Notes: generated by a model from the letters alone, not told the origin. Numbered from the stretch's first letter, positions 48,317 through 57,933 are shown. The stretch is 64,000 bases of DNA from SAR202 cluster bacterium (GCA_016872355.1 VGZY01000007.1:4216-68215); one strand, 5' to 3'. Numbers and translations: made by a program.

Positions 48317-50068
48317 TTGCAGCGAATAACCAGCGCGGCGCGCAGCCACTGGCCCGCCGTTGTCCCAATCATCGTCCTCTTCACGCTCGCGATGCTCCTA
48401 TTCCCTTCTGCGGGGCGCGACGACGGCTTCATCACCTTCTGGCCGGCGCACACGCTCAAGGATGACGGCGAGATCGTCAACCTGAACGGCGACAGGCTGG
48501 AGCAGTCCTCAAGCATCCTGCATGTCGTCGTCCTGGCCGCCGCGTCCCTCGTCGCCCCCGGCAAGGCGGTGCCGAGCGTCGCGCCCGTCGTATCCCTGAT
48601 CGCCGGCGCGCTGGCCCTGCTGTACGCCTACGCGCTTGCCCTGCGGTACGTCAACCGGTGGCTGGCCCTCGCGGCCGGCCTGATCGCAGCCACCACCGCG
48701 TTCTTCGCCTACTGGTCCACGGGCGGGCTGGAGACCACGCTCGCCGCGGTCATTTTCACCGCGCTCGTATACCACTGTGTCCGCTACCTGGACGCCCCTC
48801 AAAAGGGCGGGGTCCCAATTGGCGTGATCGTCTTCATGCCTCTGTTTGTCGCCGTCAGGCCGGAAACAGTGTTCGTCATCGGCGGCGTCATAGCCGTCGC
48901 GTTCAGCTACTTTGCATGGAAGTCGCTCACCCTGACCGGCCCGCAGGTGCCGTTCTACGCGCAGACCCGCGACCGCCTCATGCATATCGGCATCGCGGCC
49001 GCGATCAGCGGCCTGGTCCTGGCGGTGTTCCGGTACGCATACTTCAACGGCGACCTCCTGCCGCAGCCGGTCAACGGCAAGATATCCGGCAGCCCACTCG
49101 ACTACATGGTGGACGGGCTTGCCTACGCCGCGTCGTCGCTCGTTCCGCCTCCCCTTTCCCTCATGCCCTTCGCCGCCATCTGGGCAGGCATAGATATCTT
49201 CATCCGCGCCCGCAGGGAAGATGCGCCGTACGTCGGCGGCCTGTTCATCGTGACGTTCGTGCCGGCGTACCTCGGGTTTATCGTATTCTCCGGGGGAGAC
49301 TGGATGGAGGGCGCGCGCTTCACCGTGCCGCTATTCCCGCTGATCGCCGTACTCGCGGTGATGCCGCTTCCGCGCATCAAAAACACCGAGATGCGCGTGT
49401 ACGCCGCCGCAGGGATGGTGGCGCTGCACGTCATGGGCTCTATCTGGTTCGCCAAGTTCGGATCCAGCGCAATGCCGATCTGGGAGGTGGGAAAGCACAA
49501 CCAGGGGCTCCCCGTGGAGCGCTACTCCTGGTTCTCACAGGCGAACCGCACACAGCTACGCGACATCGCAACGACCGAGGCGATGTACGACACGATGGAC
49601 GCGGTGCGCGGACACTTCTCGGGGCCTGTCCCAATGATGAGCGGGCAGGCGGGGTTCATTGCGTACCACCTCACGCGGGACTACTACGGCGATGTGGAGT
49701 TCATCGACCGCCACGCCCTGGCGACGGCGCATTTCACCTCCTGCGAGGGCACCGCCGACCTGCCCAGGACGAACACCGGCCTTTTCCTGACGTACGCGGC
49801 GTACTTCGCCAACGCAGACCTGCTCCAGCGGGAGTGCGGCATCCCCAAGCCGGCGATCATCTTCGAGCTGGATGTCGAAGAGCTGCTCGTTGAGAAAGTT
49901 GTGGACGAAGCCGGGTACACCATCGTCTACCGCCAGACGGGGAAGATTTCGTCGGGGTCACAGCTCAACGGCATGGAGGTCATTGCCAACCAGTTCATCG
50001 CGGTCCGCGACGACCTGGCGCGGCACATCCCGTGGGAGACCCCGCGCGTGATGGAGTGGCGCCCGTAG
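48317..50068 (+). CDS. Polytopic membrane protein, GT-C glycosyltransferase-like
   Basis: DDGFIT after the first TM, SGGLET-like TGGLET, RPE, GGDWM..RF; C-terminal soluble domain. Confidence 0.65.
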   Translation: MQRITSAARSHWPAVVPIIVLFTLAMLLFPSAGRDDGFITFWPAHTLKDDGEIVNLNGDRLEQSSSILHVVVLAAASLVAPGKAVPSVAPVVSLIAGALALLYAYALALRYVNRWLALAAGLIAATTAFFAYWSTGGLETTLAAVIFTALVYHCVRYLDAPQKGGVPIGVIVFMPLFVAVRPETVFVIGGVIAVAFSYFAWKSLTLTGPQVPFYAQTRDRLMHIGIAAAISGLVLAVFRYAYFNGDLLPQPVNGKISGSPLDYMVDGLAYAASSLVPPPLSLMPFAAIWAGIDIFIRARREDAPYVGGLFIVTFVPAYLGFIVFSGGDWMEGARFTVPLFPLIAVLAVMPLPRIKNTEMRVYAAAGMVALHVMGSIWFAKFGSSAMPIWEVGKHNQGLPVERYSWFSQANRTQLRDIATTEAMYDTMDAVRGHFSGPVPMMSGQAGFIAYHLTRDYYGDVEFIDRHALATAHFTSCEGTADLPRTNTGLFLTYAAYFANADLLQRECGIPKPAIIFELDVEELLVEKVVDEAGYTIVYRQTGKISSGSQLNGMEVIANQFIAVRDDLARHIPWETPRVMEWRP

Positions 50069-50178
50069 AGTCGACCCTCCGGGGTGTTTCGGTTTTTGAG
50101 GCGTCTCGGTTTCGGGGCGTCTCGGATGTATAATGCCTGAGGCGTACCTCGCCCCGCCCTTTCTCGCAAGGAGACACA

Positions 50179-51288
50179 ATGCGAATCGATAAGCTGGACG
50201 TCTACTACGTTGCGATGCCGCTCATCTACCCCTGGCGCACGGCCTACGGCGCCGACTATGACATCCACTCCGTGCTTGTGAAGGCCACCAGCGGCGACCA
50301 CGTGGGCTGGGCGGAGTCTACACCCTTCTTCGCTCCTACATACCTGCCGGAGAGCGCGGGCTCGGTCTTCTACAACGTGACCGAGATATTCGGCCCGCAC
50401 GTCGTTGGGCAGGAGTACGAAAAGGCCAAGGACATCAACGACAGGCTGGCCATCTTCAAGGGCAACAGCTTCGCGAAGGCGGCCATCGAAATCGCGTGGT
50501 GGACGCTCCAGGCGTCCATCGAAGGCAAGCCGCTCCACAGGCTTCTGGGCGGCCAGACCCGAGAGGTCGCGGCGGGCGCGGACTTCGGCATTCAGGACTC
50601 CATCGACATGCTCCTGGGCAATATCCAGAAGGCCGTGGACACCGGCTTCCCGCGCATCAAGCTCAAAGTGGCGAAAGGCTGGGACCTGGATATGCTCAAG
50701 GCTGTGACGAGCACCTTCCCGAAGATGAAATTCCACATAGACTGCAACTCCGGGTACTCGCTCGACGACCTGCCCTTCTTCAAGGCGATCGACAACCTGG
50801 GGCTCGTCTTCATCGAGCAGCCGCTGTACTTCGCGGACATCCTCGACCACGCGGAGCTGGCCCGGAAGATCCAGACGCCCGTCTGCCTTGACGAGTCGGC
50901 AGTCAGCCCGAAGGTCGTGGAGCAGGCCATCGCTATCGGCGCATGCAAGTACGTGAACATCAAGCCGGGACGCATCGGCGGCTTCTACAACGCGCTCAAA
51001 GTGCACAATATGTGCCGCAACGCAGGCATACCGGTGTGGGTGGGCGGCATGCTCGAGAGCGCCCTTGGCGGCGCGCTGTGCGTTGAGCTCGCCACGCTCC
51101 CAAACTTCACGTACCCGGGCGACCTCTTCCCCTCGAAGCGGTTCTATACGGACGACCTGTCCAAGCCGGAGAACGAGCTGACGCCGCGCCTGACTTTCAA
51201 GCCGTCCACCGGCAAGTTGCCGGAGCCGGACCCCGAGCTCCTCGAACAGCGCACGGTGCGCCAGAAGACCATCACAGCCAAGAAGTAG
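50179..51288 (+). CDS. menC: o-Succinylbenzoate synthase / N-succinylamino acid racemase (enolase superfamily)
   Basis: RIKLK, DCN, IEQP, CLDES, NIKPGRIGG, WVGGMLES, PGD...S.RFY. Confidence 0.8.
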   Translation: MRIDKLDVYYVAMPLIYPWRTAYGADYDIHSVLVKATSGDHVGWAESTPFFAPTYLPESAGSVFYNVTEIFGPHVVGQEYEKAKDINDRLAIFKGNSFAKAAIEIAWWTLQASIEGKPLHRLLGGQTREVAAGADFGIQDSIDMLLGNIQKAVDTGFPRIKLKVAKGWDLDMLKAVTSTFPKMKFHIDCNSGYSLDDLPFFKAIDNLGLVFIEQPLYFADILDHAELARKIQTPVCLDESAVSPKVVEQAIAIGACKYVNIKPGRIGGFYNALKVHNMCRNAGIPVWVGGMLESALGGALCVELATLPNFTYPGDLFPSKRFYTDDLSKPENELTPRLTFKPSTGKLPEPDPELLEQRTVRQKTITAKK

Positions 51289-51320
51289 CATCCTCTCGCC
51301 AAAACGACACAGGAGACCCG

Positions 51321-52400
51321 ATGATTAACCGAGACCGAATAGTGAAGACCTTCTGCGAGATGGCCGTTATCGACAGCCCCTCGTTCGAAGAGGACGCGAT
51401 GGCCGCCTGGGCAACGAAGAAGCTGGAGTCACTGGGATTCAAGGTAGTCGCCGACAGCTACGGCAACCTGATCGCCTCCGACGGCCGCCCCAATCCCTTC
51501 ATGCTCTCCGGCCACCTCGACACTGTTGAGCCGGGCCGAGGCATCAAGCCGAAGGTGGACGGCGACCGCATCGTCTCCGACGGCACGACGATTGTGGGCG
51601 GCGACGACAAGGCCGGGCTGGCGATCATCTTCGAGACGCTTGAGTCGATGAAGGAAGACGGCAAGAAGACGATTCCGCTGGAGGTAGTCCTCTCCCGTGC
51701 CGAGGAGCCGGGCCTTCAGGGCGCGGGCAACCTGGACTTCTCGAAAATCAAGTCGAAGCAGGCGATAGTCTTCGACCGGGAGGGGCCGGTCAACCGTATC
51801 ACCTCCGTCAGCCCCAGCTACATCGCGTACGACATCATCATCACCGGCAAGGCAGCCCACGCCGGCATAGAGCCGGAGAACGGCATCCCCGCCATCCGCA
51901 TCGCCGCGGAAATCATCACCCGCCTGCCCCAGGGCCGCCTCAACGCGGAGACGACGTTCAACGTGTCCCTTATCCAGGGCGGCTCCACGCGCAACACCGT
52001 GCCGGAGAACACGAGGATCGAGGGCGAGTTCCGCACCACGGACCTGGAGACGCTGGAGAACCTGAAGCTGGACGTCAAGGACGCCGTTGCCAAGGTGCAG
52101 AAGCTGTACCCGCAGGCGAAGCTCGAGACGGTCTTCACACCCAAGTTCGACACCTTTCGCATCAAGCCCGAGCACCCGACGACGAGGCTGGTGACGGACG
52201 CGCTGAAGAAGATCGGCCTCACTCCCGACTTCCGAACGTCAGGCGGCGGCAGCGACGCCAACGTCTTCTGGCAAAAGGGCATCAGCGCGGTGGTTATGGG
52301 CATGGCGGACTACAACATGCACACAATCCGCGAGTACGTGAACATCCCGGAGCTCATGCAGGCCTGCAAGCTCTGCGAGACAATAATAGCGGCCAAGTAG
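51321..52400 (+). CDS. M20-family metallopeptidase (peptidase T-like)
   Basis: HLDTV.PG, GGDDKAG, EE.GL.G, GKAAHAG..PE.G, GGSDAN, HT..E. Confidence 0.9.
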   Translation: MINRDRIVKTFCEMAVIDSPSFEEDAMAAWATKKLESLGFKVVADSYGNLIASDGRPNPFMLSGHLDTVEPGRGIKPKVDGDRIVSDGTTIVGGDDKAGLAIIFETLESMKEDGKKTIPLEVVLSRAEEPGLQGAGNLDFSKIKSKQAIVFDREGPVNRITSVSPSYIAYDIIITGKAAHAGIEPENGIPAIRIAAEIITRLPQGRLNAETTFNVSLIQGGSTRNTVPENTRIEGEFRTTDLETLENLKLDVKDAVAKVQKLYPQAKLETVFTPKFDTFRIKPEHPTTRLVTDALKKIGLTPDFRTSGGGSDANVFWQKGISAVVMGMADYNMHTIREYVNIPELMQACKLCETIIAAK

Positions 52401-52421
52401 GCACGCCGGATATTATCCACT

Positions 52422-52506
52422 GTAGCCCGCCCCGATGCATCGGGGCCTGTGTTGCCGACAGGCGCCACAGGCGAACAAGGCAGGCACGATGAATCGTGCA
52501 AGCTAC
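52422..52506. repeat. Inverted GTAG-type REP pair
   Basis: GTAGCCCGCCCCGATGCATCGGGGCCTG ... CAGGCACGATGAATCGTGCAAGCTAC. Confidence 0.75.
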
Positions 52507-52557
52507 AAAAATACGGTCCAATCTGCGAAATCTGCGGTTAACCTCCCGGGAGCTCCA

Positions 52558-53823
52558 ATGCAAGTCGACCTCGCCTATGGCGCCAGCGGCCTCAAAATTG
52601 AGCTCCCGGACGCCATAACCACCGTCATAGAGCCAACCTACCTGCCGGGCCTGCCGGACGAGCGCGGCGCGCTCAAGAACGCAATTCGCAACCCAATCGG
52701 CAAGCAGCCGCTCCGGCTGAGCGTCAAGCCCAACCAGAAGGTGGCGATATCAGTCTGCGACATCACGCGCCCTTTCCCGTCCAAGGTCGTCCTGCCGGTC
52801 CTGCTGGGGGAGCTGGCCCATCTGCCCAAGGAGAATATCTCCATCCTCATCGCCGCCGGAACGCACCGAGCGCAGACTGCGGAGGAGCTGGACGCTATGC
52901 TCAGCCCCGAGGTCGCGCGCAATTACCGCATCGTCAACCACAGCGCCTTCGACAAGGCGAACCTGGTGCACACGGGCGATACGCCTGACGGCATCCCCAT
53001 CTGGCTCAACCGCCACTTCGTCGAGGCTGACTTCAGGATCACGACCGGCTTCGTGGAGCCGCACTTCTTCGCCGGCTTCAGCGGCGGGCCGAAGATGGTT
53101 GCGCCCGGCCTGGCGGGGTTCGACACGATCATGCGGCTGCACAACGCGGAGATGATCGGCAGCCCGAAGTCCGTCTGGGGCATCGTCGAGGACAATCCGA
53201 TTCACACCGGCATCAGGCAGATCGCAAAGCAGACGGGCGTGGACTTCAGCCTGGACGTGACGATCAACCGCGAGCACAAGATCACGAGCGTCTACGCCGG
53301 TGAGCTTTTCGAGGTGCACAAGGCCGCTCGAAACGCCGCCAAACGCTGGGCAATGAAGTCCGTTCCGAAGCCGTTCGACATTGTGATCACGACGAACAGC
53401 GGCTACCCTCTGGACCAGAACCTCTACCAGGCAGTCAAGGGCATGTCCGCCGCCGCGCAGATCGTCAAGGAAGGCGGCACGATCATCTGCGCCGCCGAGT
53501 GCCGCGACGGCCTCCCGGAACACGGCGAGTTCAAGAAGCTCCTCTCGCAGCGCGACTCCGCGGACGGCCTGTTGGAGATGATCAACGCGCACGGCCACAA
53601 CCGCCACGACCAGTGGCAGGTCCAGATCCTCGCGCAGCTGCTGAAGAAGGCCCGCATCTTCCTCAAGTCCTCGTACCTCACCCCCGAGCAGGTCCGCCTC
53701 GCCAAGATCGAGCCCACGGACAACATCGAGCGCACCGTCCACCAGGAGCTCGCCCGCCACGGCGCCGCCGCCCGCATCTGCGTGTTGCCGCAAGGGCCGC
53801 AGACGATCCCGTACGTGGGGTAA
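52558..53823 (+). CDS. larA: Nickel-pincer LarA-family racemase/epimerase
   Basis: D.TRP.P, A.GTHR, VNH, EPHFFAGFSGGPK, GYPLDQNLYQ.VKG, DQWQ.Q. Confidence 0.9.
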   Translation: MQVDLAYGASGLKIELPDAITTVIEPTYLPGLPDERGALKNAIRNPIGKQPLRLSVKPNQKVAISVCDITRPFPSKVVLPVLLGELAHLPKENISILIAAGTHRAQTAEELDAMLSPEVARNYRIVNHSAFDKANLVHTGDTPDGIPIWLNRHFVEADFRITTGFVEPHFFAGFSGGPKMVAPGLAGFDTIMRLHNAEMIGSPKSVWGIVEDNPIHTGIRQIAKQTGVDFSLDVTINREHKITSVYAGELFEVHKAARNAAKRWAMKSVPKPFDIVITTNSGYPLDQNLYQAVKGMSAAAQIVKEGGTIICAAECRDGLPEHGEFKKLLSQRDSADGLLEMINAHGHNRHDQWQVQILAQLLKKARIFLKSSYLTPEQVRLAKIEPTDNIERTVHQELARHGAAARICVLPQGPQTIPYVG

Positions 53824-53842
53824 GGGGAAAGCAACCTTAATC

Positions 53843-53874
53843 ACAAAGAGCCCCGATCCCCGGGGCTCTTTGTT
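53843..53874. terminator. Bidirectional terminator hairpin
   Basis: ACAAAGAGCCCCG ATCCC CGGGGCTCTTTGT between convergent genes. Confidence 0.75.
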
Positions 53875-53895
53875 CTCTGCCATGTCAACTCGGCG

Positions 53896-54132
53896 CTACT
53901 TCTTCGGCACCCTGCCCTCTTCGATACAGGTCATGCACACGTAGTTCTCGCCCGCCTTCTGCGCCTCGGACTTGGGGATGTTCCTCTTGCGCTGGCAGAC
54001 GCTGCACTTCACCGCAACAAGCTGCGGGCCCTCCGGCTGAGGCGGCGGAGGGGGCGGCCGCTGCGGCATGCCGGGCTGTCGCGGAGGCATTCCGCTCTGT
54101 CCCTGGTTACCCGGGTTGAACCTCTTCATCAT
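53896..54132 (-). CDS. Small Pro/Gln-rich protein with C-terminal CxxC...CxxC zinc ribbon
   Basis: AGGAG RBS; PPPPPP linker; CSVC ... CMTC. Confidence 0.65.
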   Translation of the reverse strand: MMKRFNPGNQGQSGMPPRQPGMPQRPPPPPPQPEGPQLVAVKCSVCQRKRNIPKSEAQKAGENYVCMTCIEEGRVPKK

Positions 54133-54261
54133 ACTGTCAACTCTCCTGCGAAAGGCGAATTGATTAGACGGCGAGGGACCCTCCGACGAATCGGAGCGCC
54201 CCTTCACCGCTTGACTATCTGCTCTATTAAAGCCCTTGCAGGGCCTTTTCGCAAGACCGGA

Positions 54262-54648
54262 CTACTGGATCTCGACCTTGGCGCCGGCCGCCTCGAGCTT
54301 GGTCTTGATATTGTTGGACTCTTCCTTGTTCACGCCTTCCTTGACAGCCTTGGGCGCGCCCTCGACCAGGTCCTTGGCCTCCTTGAGGCCCAGCGTGGTT
54401 ACCTCGCGGATAGCCTTGATGACGTTGATCTTGTTCGGGCCGACTTCCTTCAGGATGACGTTGAACTCGGTCTTCTCCTCGGCGGCGGCAGCAGGCTTGC
54501 CGGCGGCGGCGGCGGCGGGGGCGGCGGCGACCGCGACAGGCGCGGCGGCGCTCACACCGAAGGTCTTCTCAAGCTCCTTGACCAGGTCGGCCAGGTCCAA
54601 AACCGTCATACCCTTGATTGCTTCCAAAATCTCTTGCTTCGTGGCCAT
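54262..54648 (-). CDS. rplL: 50S ribosomal protein L7/L12
   Basis: [26 protein letters not shown]. Confidence 0.98.
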   Translation of the reverse strand: MATKQEILEAIKGMTVLDLADLVKELEKTFGVSAAAPVAVAAAPAAAAAGKPAAAAEEKTEFNVILKEVGPNKINVIKAIREVTTLGLKEAKDLVEGAPKAVKEGVNKEESNNIKTKLEAAGAKVEIQ

Positions 54649-54750
54649 TGTCTGGACTCCTTCCAGTGTTTCTTTACTTGGTTTGCTAGACTATCGACTC
54701 GTTGCGGCCCTGTGGGCCGGATATCCACACGCTATTAAGTTGTGCCCACT

Positions 54751-55329
54751 CTAGGCGGGCGCTGCAGGCGCCTCGGCGGCCGCGGGCGCGGCAGGAGGGG
54801 CGGCCTCTGCCGCCTTTTTCGCCTCTGCAACCTGGTTCAGGACGCGCGCCAGGGCGGCTATCGGCCCATTCAGCACGTACACCAGGCTTGTGATCGGCGC
54901 GTTCATCTGACCGAGCAGCCTCGCCACCAGCACGTCCTTGGAAGGGAGCTCGGCGAGCGCCTTGATCTCATCGTTCGTCAGGCTCCTTGTACCCAGCACA
55001 CCGCCCCTGAGCTTCAGGTTCGTGCGGGTGTTCGCCAGGTAGTCCGTGATCGCCTTGGCCGGCTCCACGGGATCGCCGAAGCCTATGATCAGGCCGGTGG
55101 GTCCCTGGATGATCTCCTTGAGCGCTGCCTTGCCCGTGCTGTCTGCCGCGCGGTATGCCAGTGTGTTCTTCACAACCTGGTACCGGACGCCCTTGGGCCT
55201 GAGCGTCTTGCGGAGCGACGTCACCGTCTCCATTGTCACGCCGGTGTTATCGGCGCTGATGACGATGGTGCTCTTCTTGAGAAGCTCTTCAAGCTCCTGT
55301 ATTGTTTCGGCCTTCTTCTGTGTCGGCAC
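54751..55329 (-). CDS. rplJ: 50S ribosomal protein L10
   Basis: VVKNTL, GPT, LA.LPS; position between rplA and rplL. Confidence 0.96.
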   Translation of the reverse strand: MPTQKKAETIQELEELLKKSTIVISADNTGVTMETVTSLRKTLRPKGVRYQVVKNTLAYRAADSTGKAALKEIIQGPTGLIIGFGDPVEPAKAITDYLANTRTNLKLRGGVLGTRSLTNDEIKALAELPSKDVLVARLLGQMNAPITSLVYVLNGPIAALARVLNQVAEAKKAAEAAPPAAPAAAEAPAAPA

Positions 55330-55345
55330 TTTTCACCTCGTTATT

Positions 55346-55494
55346 AAAACAAAATCCCCGCGGTCCGCAGACCCGGGGAATTAAGCCTGCCCCGGCCCGC
55401 GCAAAGCGGCCCTGGGCAGTGTAACAAATTCTCCGTAAGCCTCGGCGGGCGCGTTGGCCTTGGTCCCATTATGGGAAACCCGCTGTCTGCGGCA
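55346..55494 (-). promoter_or_regulatory. L10 leader attenuator
   Basis: CCGCAGACAGCGGG ... CCCGCCGAGG core; terminator CCCCGGGTCTGCGGACCGCGGGG + TTTTGTTTT whose GTCTGCGG can pair with CCGCAGAC. Confidence 0.8.
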
Positions 55495-55534
55495 ACAGAA
55501 GGCGACCCCGTTTACACGGGGTCGCCGGTGGAAA

Positions 55535-56248
55535 CTATTCGCTTCTCATGTTCGTAACGGCGTTCACGTCCATCTTTACGCTGGGGCCCATCGTGCTTGT
55601 AAGGAACGCAGAGCGGATGAACTGGCCCTTGATGCCGCTCGGGCGGGACCGCACGATCGCGTCCATCACCATCGAGAGGTTATCGACAAGCTTGTTCGCC
55701 TCGAAGCTGGCCTTGCCGATGGGAAGATGCATAAGGCCGGTGCGGTCAAGCTTGTACTCGACGCGGCCCTTCTTGGCATCTGAGATCGCGCGATCGATAG
55801 CCTCCGGCGGCACGACAGTACCAGTCCTGGGGTTGGGCATGAGGCCCTTCCTGCCGAGCACGCGGCCCAGCCGGCCGATCTTGCCCATCATGTCCGGCGT
55901 GGCTATGGCCACATCGAACTCCGTCCAGCCGCCCTCCACCTTCTTGATCAGGTCGTCTGCGCCCACGAAGTCCGCGCCGCCCTTCTGGGCCACGGAAATC
56001 GCCTCGCCGTCGGTGAAGACCAGGACGCGCACAACCTTGCCCACGCCGTGGGGCAGCACGGCCACCCCGCGGACCAGCTGGTCCGCCTGGCGGGGGTCGG
56101 CCCCTGTGCGGATGTGGAGCTCAATCGTCTCGTCGAACTTCGCGGTCGCCATCTTCTTGACGATCTCCACAGCTTCCTGCGGAGTGTACTCCCGCTTGTC
56201 CTCGCGCTGCTCGACAGCCGCCTTGTATCGCTTCGTCAGTGTTGCCAT
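55535..56248 (-). CDS. rplA: 50S ribosomal protein L1
   Basis: AKFDET, VRG...LPHG.GK, GLMPNP, TMGP. Confidence 0.98.
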   Translation of the reverse strand: MATLTKRYKAAVEQREDKREYTPQEAVEIVKKMATAKFDETIELHIRTGADPRQADQLVRGVAVLPHGVGKVVRVLVFTDGEAISVAQKGGADFVGADDLIKKVEGGWTEFDVAIATPDMMGKIGRLGRVLGRKGLMPNPRTGTVVPPEAIDRAISDAKKGRVEYKLDRTGLMHLPIGKASFEANKLVDNLSMVMDAIVRSRPSGIKGQFIRSAFLTSTMGPSVKMDVNAVTNMRSE

Positions 56249-56325
56249 TTGTCCATGTCCTTGCTGAGCCCTCTATGGGAGCCCCGGCCGTTCGGCCTCC
56301 CTCACGAATGTGAGGTGATTTGAGA

Positions 56326-56751
56326 TTACTTCGTGATCGTGATGCCCATGCTTCGGGCTGTGCCCTCAATGATCTTGACGGCGCCCTCAACGTCCACCGC
56401 ATTCAGGTCTGGGAGCTTAGTCTTTGCTATCTCCTGCACCTTGGCCGAGGTGAGCGTGGCCACCTTGTCGGTCTTGGACTTGCCGCTGCCCTTCTCGATT
56501 CCCGCAGCCTTGCGCAGAAGCTCAGAGGCGGGCGGCGTCTTGACCTCGAAGGTGAACGAGCGGTCCTCGAAGATCGTCAGCACAACGGGGACGATCTGGC
56601 CGGCCTGGGAGGCTGTACGCTCGTTGTACTCCTTCACGAAGGCCATGATGTTAACGCCGTGCTGGCCTAGCGCCGGGCCTATGGGAGGCGCAGGCGTTGC
56701 CTTGCCGGCAGGGATCTGTAGCTTTACTATCGCTTTGACTTTCTTGGCCAA
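56326..56751 (-). CDS. rplK: 50S ribosomal protein L11
   Basis: [34 protein letters not shown]; TTG start. Confidence 0.98.
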   Translation of the reverse strand: MAKKVKAIVKLQIPAGKATPAPPIGPALGQHGVNIMAFVKEYNERTASQAGQIVPVVLTIFEDRSFTFEVKTPPASELLRKAAGIEKGSGKSKTDKVATLTSAKVQEIAKTKLPDLNAVDVEGAVKIIEGTARSMGITITK

Positions 56752-56814
56752 CCCTCTACCCCGATTCTTGCATTCTTCGAGTACTGCCTGACTGATGCAG
56801 GCGCCTGCTTTTGT

Positions 56815-56839
56815 GCCCCGATACATCGGGGCGGGCTAC
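56815..56839 (-). repeat. Single GTAG-type REP between nusG and rplK
   Basis: Minus strand GTAGCCCGCCCCGATGTATCGGGGC. Confidence 0.75.
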
Positions 56840-56857
56840 AGTTTGCCGGTTAATCGC

Positions 56858-57418
56858 CTAAGCCTTTTCAACCTGCAGGAAGTCCAGCTCGATGGGCGTC
56901 TCCCTGCCGAAGAACAACACGAGCACCTTGACCTTGGAGCGGTCCGGGTAGACCTCGTCGATCATACCCATGAAGTCCTGGAACGGCCCCTCGACGATTC
57001 TCACCGTCTGGCCCTTCTCCAGGCCGGACTTGAGCCTCGGCTTGGAAGACTCCATTTGCTTCATAATCGCCTCTACCTCGCGTTCCTCGAGAGGCACAGG
57101 CTTGGGTCGCTTGTCGTTCTCATCCTCTGCGGAAACGAACCCGGTCACACCCGGGGTGTTCCGCACAACGTACCAGCTCGTATCATCCATCTTCATCTGT
57201 ACGATGACGTAACCCGGGAAGACTCTTCGTGATACAGAGGTGCGCTTGCCGCCCTTGATCTCGACCTCTTCCTCGGTGGGAACAACGACCTGGTAGATCT
57301 TGTCCTTCATATCCATGGAGGCTATGCGGAGCTCCAGGTTCTTCTTGACCCTGTCTTCCTGTCCGGAATAGGTGTGTACGATATACCACCGCACCGGCGT
57401 TTCAGCAATTGCAGCCAT
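56858..57418 (-). CDS. nusG: Transcription termination/antitermination factor NusG
   Basis: WYIVHTYSG.E, FPGY, TPGVTGF, GPF.DF.G, FGRETP. Confidence 0.98.
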   Translation of the reverse strand: MAAIAETPVRWYIVHTYSGQEDRVKKNLELRIASMDMKDKIYQVVVPTEEEVEIKGGKRTSVSRRVFPGYVIVQMKMDDTSWYVVRNTPGVTGFVSAEDENDKRPKPVPLEEREVEAIMKQMESSKPRLKSGLEKGQTVRIVEGPFQDFMGMIDEVYPDRSKVKVLVLFFGRETPIELDFLQVEKA

Positions 57419-57422
57419 TACG

Positions 57423-57641
57423 CTATAGCCCCACGAACCAGTCCATGAGCCTGTTGAACGCCAGGTCCACGCCGCCGAGGAACACACCCATGACCGCCGA
57501 GACCGCGATGACCATCATGGTCAGGCGGAAGGTCTCTTCCCTCGTAGGCCAGGTCACCCTGCGCAGCTCGCCGGTAACCTCGTTAAAGAGGCGCACGACA
57601 CTGAAGCCACGGGTTGAGGGGGTCCCGGTCTGCTGCAGCAT
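57423..57641 (-). CDS. secE: Preprotein translocase subunit SecE
   Basis: EL.RVTWPTR.E followed by one TM helix. Confidence 0.95.
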   Translation of the reverse strand: MLQQTGTPSTRGFSVVRLFNEVTGELRRVTWPTREETFRLTMMVIAVSAVMGVFLGGVDLAFNRLMDWFVGL

Positions 57642-57644
57642 TGG

Positions 57645-57812
57645 TTACCTGACCTCCTTGTGGAGGGTGTGCTTGCGGCAGCGCGGGCAGAACTTCTGAA
57701 GCTCAAGGCGCTGCGGGTCGTTGCGGCGATTCTTGTTAGAGTTGTAGGTCCTCTCCTTGCAATCGACGCAGCCCAGGGTGATCAATTGTCGGTTTTCGCC
57801 TTTGCGGGCCAT
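57645..57812 (-). CDS. rpmG: 50S ribosomal protein L33 (Zn-ribbon type); missing from the ORF track
   Basis: [55 protein letters not shown]. Confidence 0.97.
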   Translation of the reverse strand: MARKGENRQLITLGCVDCKERTYNSNKNRRNDPQRLELQKFCPRCRKHTLHKEVR

Positions 57813-57825
57813 GTTACCCTCGTCT

Positions 57826-57920
57826 CGGCAGTCGGCAGTAGCCAGTCAGCAGTCAGCCGGACAGGAGGCCGGAAACCGGCGATTGGACCTGGTCTGGCTG
57901 ACTGCCGACTGCTGACTGCC
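57826..57920. repeat. Inverted heptamer arrays forming a long hairpin between tuf and rpmG
   Basis: CGGCAGT CGGCAGT AGCCAGT CAGCAGT CAGCCGGAC ... GTCTGGCTG ACTGCCG ACTGCTG ACTGCC. Confidence 0.75.
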
Positions 57921-57933
57921 TACAGCTAAGCAG

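Noticed and set aside
48658-49893. 411-aa alternative-frame ORF, and other long shadow ORFs such as 49927-51291, 52750-53883 and 58027-59115
   Set aside because: They overlap well-supported genes; long stop-free alternative and antisense frames are expected at this GC content.
50080-50128. Degenerate 8-nt periodic tract (GCGTCTCG/GTTTCGGG) before the OSBS gene
   Set aside because: Low-complexity intergenic repeat with no second copy seen in the window.
56270-56312. Possible L1-binding hairpin between rplK and rplA
   Set aside because: Position is plausible but the L1 internal-loop consensus could not be confirmed by eye.
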